Shown here one piece after another: positions 26,561 to 37,934 of a DNA stretch of 64,000 nucleotides. The translations under genes and the position numbers were made by a program. Positions within the stretch are counted from its first letter, which is position 1. Every line of letters starts with the position of its first letter. The notes below the pieces were generated by a model, which saw only the letters and a list, made by a program, of their open reading frames with translations, had not been told where the DNA came from and ran no database searches. The stretch is from Epiperipatus broadwayi (lineage: Eukaryota > Animalia > Onychophora): the NCBI GenBank assembly GCA_028023455.1, contig JAQFVV010000007.1, forward strand, positions 6,386,001 to 6,450,000. The letters run 5' to 3'.

Positions 26561-27690
26561 TTTGCATTTAAATAAAGTCTAATATTATGCAAATTAGAAA
26601 AGTTAATAAAAAGGTATGCACAATTTCTAATGGCAAAGAGAAATAGTAATATGAAGAAGGAGTTAAAAACATTAAGTTGAAAGTAGATTAATAAACTCTA
26701 AATGTATAATGAAAACTGACTGCAATTGTAGACAAATATTAGAAGTTAGAAAAGAGTTCCAGTCAATCTAATTCGACTAACTCAAGAGATGTGTGTGAGC
26801 AGTAATGTGCTTACTTGAGTGATAATTAAAATGACTGATGTAATATGAAAGTTTAAAGAAATGTAGATTATATGCGACACATCAATATTTGTAAAGATAT
26901 ATATATAATATTGATTTGAGATTTGAACTATCACATGATCAAGACTGATATTGCTAACAACTAGCAAGTTGCCAGTTGATTTACTAATTCTATCAATACT
27001 GTTGTTATTAGAGTAAATAAACTCTTGAAATTATTTATTAAACTTTGTGTTATTAATTTATTTATATAATAGTACGGCTGCCAGAAATAGTCTGGATCTA
27101 AACATATTTCCACCTAAATAATCGATGGTCACTGCATCATTAAATAAAATTTTGTTAATTAGACTTGATTAACAAGTTTGCCATATGTGTGTGTTTAGTT
27201 ACTTCATTTTCTGATTTCTCATTTGTAGGGATTGTATTAAGATATTTCTTCCTAAACGTTTTCCAAATTTTATTGCTATTTCATCGTTACTCCATAAATA
27301 TTCATCATCATGATTATGGATCTGAAGAAAATTTTAAAAAATACTAAAAATTGAATAAAGTAATTGAATTTTTGGATCAGGTGGACTTTTTTTAAGTCCT
27401 AAACAAACCTTTAAAAATACATGAGTTTGTGCAATATTGCACAGACTATTATGCCAATAAAATATTCCAGATGATACCAAAATAAATAATCATTTTAGAA
27501 ATAACATCTTTATAAATTGTAAGAAAGGAGCAGTTAGAATGATGAAATATAAGGAAAAATTGTATTTCTAAGCAACATTTTATTTACAAAGAAATCAAGT
27601 CACATGACCTAATTTAACAAGCTTATATTATAAATGTTATATAAAGAGCTCACAAATAAGCTCTTAACAAGCTTTGCAAAATATTCCCAA

Positions 27691-27727
27691 CCCAGACTGG
27701 TTTATGCTACTGGCTTCCTCAGTGAGG
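27691..27727 (-). ncRNA. Family C hammerhead, degenerate
   Basis: CCUCA CUGAGGA AGCCAGUAGCA UAAAC CA GUC UGGG. Confidence 0.6.
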
Positions 27728-27735
27728 TGCTAGCA

Positions 27736-27773
27736 CCACACTGAGGAAGCTAGTAGCAGAAAACAGTCTGGGG
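27736..27773 (+). ncRNA. Family C hammerhead
   Basis: CCACA CUGAGGA A GCU AGU AGC A GAAAA CA GUC UGGGG. Confidence 0.65.
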
Positions 27774-30499
27774 GAGTGGGGACATTTTGCAAAGCTTGTT
27801 AAAAGCTCTTTATATAACATTTTATTTATTTTATGTCTCCTACATTCCATTTTAAAGTTAAAAATTAAGTTTACTATATTTTTTACATAGAATTTTCACT
27901 GAATTCATATGCAGTCTAAATTATTAAATCCACCACATTCATTATATCTTAACAATTGTTTGACATGGACTTCAAAATTAAAGTAGGCACAAATAAATTG
28001 TTTAGCTCCAAATCATGACAATCATTTTTTTATTTTTTTCCACATATTTAGAAGTGGAATATCTATTCTTTGTTGAATTTTAATTGCAAATTATTAAATC
28101 CACTATATTGCTCACTTTCTATGTGATGTTTTAATAATTACCTGTAATAGAATTCTTATGAAATTCATATTTTGTGCCATTATTTATATTATATTTAAAT
28201 AATATTGAAAATTATTAAATCTGCAATGTTTGTCTATATATTATTCTGGTTTATTAATTCACTCTATAAATCATTAAATCCATCATGTTTATATATTCTC
28301 ATAAGTTCCATTTTGATAAATTACATACCAGTGCATTGAAGTAAGTCTTTACATGTATTTCTTTATAAACTTTATCACATATTATAAAGTAGTCAGTCCT
28401 CATATGAGATTCTGTAAGGTTTGACTAGAAATCATGCAATCCTTATTCTGAACTGAACCGATCTACTTTTTTATATTTGACTACTCAATTCACTTTTTTT
28501 ATAACTTGACTGGAAATAAATATCTACTTGTAAACCCATTTACAAGTTAAAAATACTTAAAATTCTGTTTATTGTTTCATTACCATTTATTGTCTCCATT
28601 AGATGAAAGTATCGTCATTAGTAGTAAATTAAAAGAACGGTCATTCATAGAATAATACATTGCAATTATATTTCGGAAAATTGTTAAACTTTGAAAATTA
28701 TTCATTTATCTATAAAATCTACGATTTTTACTTAATCATAGAAATGTCCTTGAATTGGTCCATAAACATTTAGGAACTATATTCCATTTACCAGTCTGAA
28801 AATAGTCTATTTACAATTTGGCTATGTGAGGAAAAGAAAGATTTCGCCATAATTCAAACATTGTTTAATTTACTCAGCCATATGAATGTTTTAATTATTA
28901 TTCAGAGTGTTGGGGGGGGGGGGTTATTATTAGTTTTTTTGTATCTTAGAAATAGACAAAAATCTGTACGATTTTTATTATGCCGACAGCTTAAGGTTTA
29001 TTTGAATATTTAAAACGAAATCTAGTAATTCTTTGAAATACAGAAAATTCTTTGAAATGTATGAAAATATGCAAATGCAATTTTAATATGAAATTTGTCT
29101 TTTTGATTAAAAGAAAATTCTAGTAAACATTATTATTGTTTGAAAGAATTTGTTGTGAAAATTCAAGATTCGTTGCTAACATTTATGTTTTGTTAATTTT
29201 TACCATATAATGAATTTTGTCATTGCATATCATTGTATGAGTATTTAATAGCAATAATTCTTATATTGTGAATGTTTGCATATTTGAGAAAAATAAGAAA
29301 TTATTTTGTTTTCAAGCAAGGAAGTAAGGAACTGTGGGAGATATGTAAAAAATTTATTCAAAGGATTATGTTCAGGGATCATTTGTTAATGATGGAAAAG
29401 CTTTTTGGGGACACTTGGGGGCAACTTAGGCACTGGATGAAGAGCCTATCCTCAGGTATGCTAATTAAATATTAATTCAAGGTTAAAAAATATATAGTCC
29501 AGTTAGATGGAGAATAACAAAGGATTGCTCCCAATCAAAATATGGACTGCATAATGAACTAGTCACATAATAGTTACAGACTAAGTTTGAATGATGAGCT
29601 TCCCGCTCTAATCATGAAATTAATTTGTCATAATAATTGTAACTAATGTATCAAATGGGTATATTTTCTAACTTAAAAAATTAGTTACTAATGATTGTTG
29701 TAATAAGTGTAACAAACCTAAACAAATGTATACAAAAAAGATTTATACTGTAATTGTATGCGTATTTTCTTTAATAAAAAAAATTAAAAAAATAAGTGCT
29801 TGCTTTGTGAGACCTCCTTAAATATTGTCTTAATTATTTATTATTGCACGGGAAGTCAGAGATTGTTTGAATTTAGATTGACATCAGGTTCTTTTTAGCA
29901 GCATTTTGGATTATTACATTTTTTCTCATTCCTTTGTTATAAGATTTTGTATGTTTCAACTACTTAGAATCAGTTTTTCCATATTGATATTTATGACTTA
30001 TTATGGTGATGATAAATCAGTTGTCTGAAATTAAGTATATTATATGATAGAGTTTGTTTTGGACGTACCCTTAGATAACTATATTATCCAGAATAATTAA
30101 AATATAATCTGATATAAAGTGTTACATATCTCTATGCTATTTTCAAACTTATTATACTTGTATGTTTCATGCTTCTCATGTCAAAATAATTTTAAATTTA
30201 TAAGATTGTTTAACTTTAATGATGTGTAATACAAATCTGAAGAGTGTCATATTCTAATATAATCAGTGATGACTAAACTGAAGAAGAATACAGCTATTTA
30301 TATTCAGGAATGAAATCTGATTGGGGAGTGTTAATAGAAAAAAAGGTGAGCACAACTAAGGTAGATTGTTGATTGCCATGTTTTGATCAAGATGTTCCTA
30401 GGTAAAAATTTGAGAGAATATAGATATGAATACAACCATTACTTATTTCTTTTATGTATATTGTATTTCTTATTGTCAAATATTATAGAACAGCATGCA

Positions 30500-33400
30500 A
30501 ACTTAGTATGTGAATAAATATAGAAGCATTATAGGGAATGAAAGTATTTATATATTTTTAAAGTACTTGCTTGAGGTTGGTTGTATGCTACAAAACATAA
30601 ATAGGCATAGAGATAAAAAGTATGGGCAAAAGGTCTAGTATTTCTTTTGGCCAATTGTTGCACAAAACACATGCAAGTTCAATATTTAACTTGAATCAAT
30701 CATTAAAAAACATTTTGGTTGGAAGTGTATCCTGTAAATTAAAAAGAAAATTTCAATCAAGATTGAGGAACATAAATGTTCTGGAATTTGGTTTGAATCT
30801 TAGCAACTGGCATGGTTGTCCATAGATATCTTGATGGATGTCATCTTATTTATGTCTTTAAATGATATACCAATGAGATATTTAATGTTATACTGGTCTA
30901 TCTAATGACATGATCTGTGAATTAAGAGCATTTGATATATGAAATTGAAACAACCAATGGTACTGGAGGAGAGATGACACTAAGTATTGAATTAGTAAGG
31001 GTTCCAATATACATTTTGGCTCTAATATAAGTTGCAAAATTTTTTTGGACATATCAAATTGATTTCCTTTGCATATAAGAAAGCATGTTGTTTTAATGGA
31101 TATAAGATGTAAAGATGAGTCCCAAATGTATACTTTTATTAAAGACAAAAGTTTATAATAGGTCTTGTTAAAAAGTCACTACATCACATATAGTAGAAAA
31201 GTATTCCATTAAGAATAGCATTCACTATATACACTTTGACAATGGGATAAAGCATTTTTGGGCATAATGCATTCACTTTCATACTGAATGTGCTCATCGT
31301 AAGACTGTATAAATGATTGCATTTTAGGCAGATCAATTGAGTTGCTGAAAAAGCATGAGGGGTTACCCATGAAGAAAGATGGCAGTCTATAGCCTGTAAA
31401 TACTTACCACAAAGATGACTTGCAAACCTGTATTGTGGGACCAGTTGATGTTTGGAATTTATTTAAATTATCATGCTATCATCAACAAAGAATACAGCTT
31501 GGATATCATTGCATTGTTCAATTTCCTTAATCAGAGGATCTATATAAAATGCAAATAGCAATGAATCATCAGGTTATTGTGTTTAGACAGATGTTTGTGT
31601 AGAACAGTGAAAAGATATTTCCAGTTGACTAGATCAAAAGCTACCTTAAAGTCAATTTGTCATTCACCATAAACTGCAAGTTTGTTTTCTTTTGGCAAAC
31701 AAGATTGATTCTTGTATTAAACAAATAGTTTGAGAGGCATGGTGATCTTTTTCTGCATAATGTAAGGTTGATAATTTGACAGAATAAATTCATTTAGTTT
31801 TTTTAAAATTATTCTTGCAAAGATTTTTTGATTAATATCCTCAAAACACAAGTTATTTACAGAGGGGTATACTGTATTTGATTATTTTCTGAGATAAAAA
31901 TATTGTTGGTAGAAATGTTGGGGATGTTAAAATTGCTCAAGCAGAATTGACTGAAGCATTTATTTAAAATAAAAATTATGATATAGTTAAGCTACCTGTA
32001 GACATTAGCTGGAATATGATCTACAACTAGAGAGGTGTATGTTTCATAGTGTATGATTTCTTGATATATTTACTTTGTAATAAAATTTTCTTGAGGGGTT
32101 TGTGTACTGTAGTGGATAGTGTGAAGGTATTGATCAGCTTAGACTAGATTTTAGGTGCTCAAAAATTTCCATGTCAACATTGATGCCAGAAAGAAAAGGG
32201 TTATCTTTTGATGACCTTTAAAAGATTTGGTATTATTTTTTAAATCGGTATATTATTGCATTCTGATTGTAAATCATAACCAATTGGTTTGCTTCATTTT
32301 TCAGTTTACGATTAAGGGCTTTGGGATCATTCATATCTATGTCTTCAATACCCTGTTTTATGAAGTTATTTGGGTGATAACTTGTTATTGGTTGGGACAG
32401 TAATTGTTTTAGAAATGTTTGAAGACTAATTAAATTTCAACTAGAGAAAAAACTGCAACTTATCATAGAAATGACCTGCAATTATTGAATTAGAAAAGTC
32501 ATCTACAGTTAATATAGATTCTATAGGAACCTTTTGTCTAAATATAAACTTATAGAATGGTATGTACTTTGAAATTTGTACAATTTGAGAGTCACACAAG
32601 CATGGTCTGAAAAGGAATAGATGGTCTAAAGTTTTAAAAAAGAGATTAATGAAAGATGAATCTTGCCCTCCAATAAATGAACTGCATCAGAAGGATACAA
32701 AAATGAAAACAGTAGCAGGTTGAGTTGATTAAGTTTAAATTGTAATATAAATGTAATTCATTATAAAAACAGTTGAAATCACCACAAAGGATAGCTATTC
32801 CATGTCTGTATAAGATTTTTGTTTAAGAAATGAGGAATGTTTTGTTTTACATCTTTGGCTTTTCGGTTTGTGTATACTGGTAAGAGGTAAAATTGCTGTG
32901 ACTGATGACTAAAGATGAGAATAAATTCATTAACAGGTATGTGTATTTTTACTTTTGTAAATGAAATTTTTGTACTTATTAGCATGGCCAATTATTATTA
33001 TTTCATAAACATTTGTATTTATCTACCATTAATTAGAAAGTTAGGTAAAGATGATCTTTGTAACCAGAAATTAATTAGAGTGATGAATGTTATTTTTTCA
33101 GTAGTGGATGGGGAAAATGCTTAAAAGAAGTTTGACCTGTGGTGTAGCTGCAGAATTGTATACAACGATAGTGTTTGAGAAGAGATTTATCGTGTAGTGG
33201 TACTGTAAAAAGCACTGTCTTTAGATGAAAGCTCTAAGTTTTGATCTGTGATAGTACTGAAGATATATTTCTTAACATTGTAGTATAGGAGAGAACTTTG
33301 TACTGCAGTGCTGTTAGAGAAAGCTTATCCTTTGGTGGTGAGGAAGAGATCTTTGCTCTGTGGTAGTGCTGACATTTTATCTTCTAAATGGGTTTTTTTA

Positions 33401-34000
33401 TGGCTAGTACTTTTTATACAATTATAAAATCTTTATATATGTACACGTGCCCACGTCTTTTATGTTGCGTAGATAATTGTATGTGTGCGTATAATAGCAC
33501 CTTCGAATATTTAAAATTGGTTTCAATGTACTCATTTACGCACACACACACAAATAATACCCATCCTAAATCCCCTGTAGTGCACAAAAATTGAAGTTAT
33601 ATCATTCGTGTGTCGACTTTAATTTGTGATTTCTGAAATATTATTGAAAAGAATTTCATTAAACAGAATATTTTTCAATCTTAAAGATCTAATAATAATT
33701 AAATTTCTACTTTGAACTGCAAAATGGCCTCTGCTAAAGAACGAAAAAAGATTTCTTGAATTCAGATTTTTCATTTTTTGTCAAATTGTCAGATTATTTG
33801 CTTCAGTAGATCTTTGCTCGGTTTTAATGGCTCTGTAATATATATATTGTCTAACTTCTCTAAAGTTTGTCCCAATGACTGAGAGATTAAAAAGAATTAC
33901 AACTTTTACCTTTAGATTTAATTACTGGTAGTATATATCCGTCTGGGCTTTTAATGGCTTCCGCTTGTATTACATCAAGAATAATGAAAAACCTTTTCTC
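30500..34000 (-). mobile_element. L1/Tx1-type LINE, decayed (ORF1, APE endonuclease, RT)
   Basis: Minus strand: ILCGDFNC (~32780), SDHACV (~32600), IDFKVAFDLVNW (~31640), LLFAFYIDPL and FVDD (~31490-31560); ORF1 zinc-knuckle-like remnant at ~33450. Confidence 0.6.
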
Positions 34001-34589
34001 TATATAAAATTATGAGTTCGTTTTTAAATAGAAAGACATGTAAACACTTTACTATAAAAATCACATTTAATTATCTATTATTTAATCAAGAATGTGAGTC
34101 CTCTGTATTATTATCATTATTTTAGTTCTTCGCGTAATAATTAGCGTGCTAGACTGCTACTGTAGTGGTTGCAGGTTCTAATCTTGAGTAAAATTGAAAA
34201 TGTGAAAACGTTATCAAGGTTTTTTTTCTATAACTGACCCATAGGCAGTTTAACTAGCTATCCAATATTATTCCATAAATAAATATTAAAATATTTTCAT
34301 GTAAAATATTAAATTAAAAAAAAACACCTGTATATAAGCAGAATTTTTTAATTTTTGACTCACTAAAACCTGTTTATTTATTTACTTGGTCTTTTATACA
34401 GATTTTTATTCATTTTTTTTTTTTTTTTTTAAGTGATAAATCTTAAAATAACAATGTAAATTGTTAAATACCAATCTGCAAATACATTTTGCTACATCAT
34501 TAAATATTTACTACTGTAACATTTATAACACTTTATTATTAGATGTCATCAAGTCAATTCAGTCTTCTCAATAGTACATTATTATAATG

Positions 34590-34880
34590 ATGGCCCTTCA
34601 TGGTGTAGTGTAATATTAGAATGGCAAATCTAGAGGCTAAAGTTCATAAGTCACATCTCTATCTCTGTCACTTCTGGTGCTCAAAGTTTTTATAAGCTCC
34701 TAAAACATCACATGATCATAATTTCTTATAAACTCCTGAGCAGTAAAGTATTTCATTATTTTTCCTTGTGTGGTTTAGTGCAATAGTAAAATGATCAAAT
34801 TTGGAGTTCAAGGTCCAAAGATCACAGATCTATCTCTGTCAGTTTGAGTGCCAAAGGTTTTATAAAACTCCAAGCAATAG
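34590..34880 (+). mobile_element. Two tandem tRNA-derived SINE-like copies
   Basis: A-box-like tggtgtagtg, degenerate B-box, and shared tail ctctgtca..gtgctcaaagtttttataag; a related copy lies at 36115-36235. Confidence 0.5.
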
Positions 34881-35169
34881 GCCAGCTTGATTGTTTTATA
34901 ATTATTATGATGGAAAACCCATCTATTTTATTTCTGATTTGTTTTTTATGACATCACAAATCTTTAATTTTTACCATAATTAGGTAACTTCCAAATCTGT
35001 TTTATGGAATATTCTTTCAACCTCATCATTTGGACTTCAAATTGTAGCCTAATTCAAACAAATATCAACTCATTTGGTTGTTTTGATATATGACATTCAA
35101 ATGTCACATAATTAGCAATTCATATCTTATGCAAACATTTATCCTAGAAATTAATTTCTAACCACTAAC

Positions 35170-35258
35170 TTGAAGAAGGAGGAGAAGGAGAAGAAGAAGA
35201 GGACAAAGAAGAAGAAATAGAAGAAGAAGAAGAAAGAGAAGAAGGAAAAGAAGAAGAT
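35170..35258 (+). repeat. (GAA)n purine-rich simple repeat
   Basis: Direct reading of the sequence. Confidence 0.9.
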
Positions 35259-36294
35259 TTAAACCCAATATCCAGATGTCATAGCTTTAATTAGCCTTTA
35301 AATTTTGAATGTTGTTTTCTTATTTTTTCACCAAGAAACTAAAGATGTTTTAATTGCTTCCATTTAATTTTCATATACATCAAACAATGTTTTATTACTA
35401 TAATAAGACATAAGAGTAAATAGCTCCTTGATTTTTATATATAAATCATATTACTTTAGCTATTGGTTGAAATAAGCCAATAAAATATCAGCAATCTGAT
35501 TTGTAGCCTTGATAACATATTGCTGATTTTCTAATGGTTTATTTTAAGCATTATTTAGGATGATGTGATTAACCTATGTATATTTGACATTAATAATAGA
35601 CATGTATTAAATGAAGCTTGAATATTTGCATGCAGAGAAACATTTCAAAGTTACTTATATTTCATCTTTCTACAAGTGATGGATATTTTATAATACCTTA
35701 TTTTTTGTTCATATGGTCTATTTCTGTTTTCAAACGTTAATATTTCTGACTTTAGTATTAAATCTTTACACGCCCTGTAATCTGGGTTAAATTTTGTCTA
35801 GGTAAACTTAACTTTTTTCAGATTTAAATCAGGCTTAGAATACTTTTTTTTTTTTTAGGTAGGTGGCTCATAGCTAATGCAATTAACCATCCAAAATTGT
35901 TAGTATTTTTATCTAGAAAATAAAACGATAATGGAAATCGATTAGTTTGCTAATGACTTCTTTATTGTTCCTCCATGAGGACTTATCAAAGAAGTCTTTA
36001 CTGAGTAGTAGGTTATCTGATTGCTTTATTTGTATAATTTTATATTGCATCAAACTAATTGTCACATTTCTTTGCTTGATTTGACTGATTTCATTTTCTT
36101 AACGAAAAAACTCTGGCCATATGGCCTACATGGTTAAGTGCAGTGATAAAATGCCAGATTCTGGAATTCAAGATGAGATCTAATTAATCATTTTTCTGGT
36201 ACTCAAATTTTTTATGAATGCTTAAGCAACATACTATTCGATTATTTATTTATCGGCCACTGCTAAAAACAACAACAAACAGAATAATTAATTA

Positions 36295-36824
36295 ATATAC
36301 CCTATATATTACATATATTGGTACAGGTATATAATAACCCTGTATTTCAGTTATTACATATAGAGATGCCTGCCCATCCCTTGTATATGTATTAAATGGA
36401 TTATGGCCTGTACATGAGAGGCCAGATTGACTTTAGGTCAACATGGGTGTAACAAGAATCTCGGTCTCAGGGTGGCCTTTGAGCGTTCCATCATCAGATT
36501 TTTAATTAGATGGATGGTTGAAGAGTTGGAGTGTGAAGTGGATTGAAGCCTGTCCATTAAAGTATGAAGATTGGATATCTTAATATATATCTGAGCACTT
36601 ATTGCATATATGTGTAGAGATGATAATCTGGACCAACTGATGATTTCTGGTTTAGCATGCAATACGCATATTGGTGATTTTTATCTTTTCAACATATATG
36701 TGTTCAAGTGTATTAGTGTTATGAGATAGAGTGGAGAGTGGATAGTGTGATAGTCTGTGCTCATATACCCTATATATTACATATATTGATACAGGTATAT
36801 AATAAGCCTGTATTTCAGTTATTA
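36295..36824 (+). mobile_element. Family D HHR monomer with ~60-bp terminal direct repeats (period 468 bp)
   Basis: atataccctatatattacatatattg...tttcagttatta at 36295-36356 and 36763-36824; HHR inside. Confidence 0.8.
36633..36674 (+). ncRNA. Family D hammerhead, degenerate
   Basis: CCAA CUGAUGA UUUCUGGUUUAGCAU GCAAU ACGC AUA UUGG; stem I CCAA/UUGG intact. Confidence 0.6.
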
Positions 36825-37462
36825 ATTAATTAAGCTAAATTTTTTATTCAAATACTTTTACATAGAAATTTTTGTTAATGATTGGACGTGCGTAATCATA
36901 ATAAAATATCTCTGACCTTTTAAAAAATGCTTGAATTTTTAATACAAGACATCTTTTGCATATATAAAAAATTGTTGGTTAACGATATTAGACTTCAGAA
37001 AAATAAAGAAAACTTTTTTTAGCTTTTTAAAATATTTGGATTTTTAATAAACTTAGCACTTTGCGGAGGGCGGTTCGCTAACGTCGGTCATTAATGAAAA
37101 CAAATTACTGTAATCAGTTTTAGAAATTTTTTTTTGCCTTTTTTAAACAAACATCTGTTTAATTTATTTAAGTATTATATAAATACTGATCAGCAGGTGT
37201 AAGCATCCATTTATATGTGAAAATAAAAAAACTTTAACTTTCAGAAGTTAAAAAACATATACATTTTCAGTGTAAAAAGACGCATTTCTTATATATATAT
37301 AAGTTGGCATCCGTGCAGTTTCTTCAAAAAGTGCTGAAGGATGGAAATAAAACACATTATAATATTAAACAGTGAGGATTGCCAATTCCTCTACAAGCTT
37401 TATAATAAATGCCTAGCCAGAGCCAGCACTTAAAATATCTCTGTCAGGAACTCATCCACAAA

Positions 37463-37503
37463 CCCCTGACCATGGTTTCGTGCTTTGGCACTCCTCAGAG
37501 AGG
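37463..37503 (-). ncRNA. Family B hammerhead ribozyme, fully canonical
   Basis: CCUCU CUGAGGA GUGC CAAA GCAC GAAAC CAUG GUC AGGGG; all three stems pair and the triplet is GUC. Confidence 0.9.
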
Positions 37504-37893
37504 TGTCAGGGTAGGTTCAGACACTAGATCTAAAAATACCAACCCAAAGCCAAGCATTTATCTAAAAAAAATTTATCTATTGAGTGGAAAATCTGAAATT
37601 TTCAGGCATCTACATGTCTTCAAACCCAGCTATCTAACTCAAATAGCTATATGGGGCTGATAGATCTTTAGCCATACCATATATTAGTAGTCATAGCAAT
37701 ATAAAATTGTATAAGACTTTTGGCAGAGACTATAGATCTATCAGCCCCATATAGCTATTTGAGTTGGATAGCTGGGTTTGAAGACATGTAGATGTCTGAA
37801 AATTTCAGATTTTTCACTCAATAGATAACTTTTAGATAAATGCTTGGCTTTGGGTTGGTATTTTTAGATCTAGTGTCTGAACCTACCCTGACA

Positions 37894-37934
37894 CCTCTCT
37901 GAGGAGTGCCAAAACACGAAACCATGGTCAGGGG
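37894..37934 (+). ncRNA. Family B hammerhead ribozyme (one stem II mismatch)
   Basis: CCUCU CUGAGGA GUGC CAAA ACAC GAAAC CAUG GUC AGGGG. Confidence 0.85.

Larger units (their letters stand above)
27590..27822. mobile_element. Family C palindromic double-HHR element with no spacer
   Basis: Arms meet at the perfect palindrome ggtgct|agcacc (27726-27737) and extend ~27633-27822; tail aagtcacatgac at 27597. Confidence 0.85.

Noticed and set aside
27900-28900. Possible decayed viral or Maverick coding sequence
   Set aside because: No diagnostic motif recognised; it needs a profile search.
29270-29600. Gypsy integrase C-terminal remnant
   Set aside because: Similarity is too weak to support by eye.
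33130-33370. Regular ~45-bp units as a CRISPR-like array
   Set aside because: The units are highly degenerate without a repeat-spacer structure, the context is eukaryotic, and there are no cas genes.
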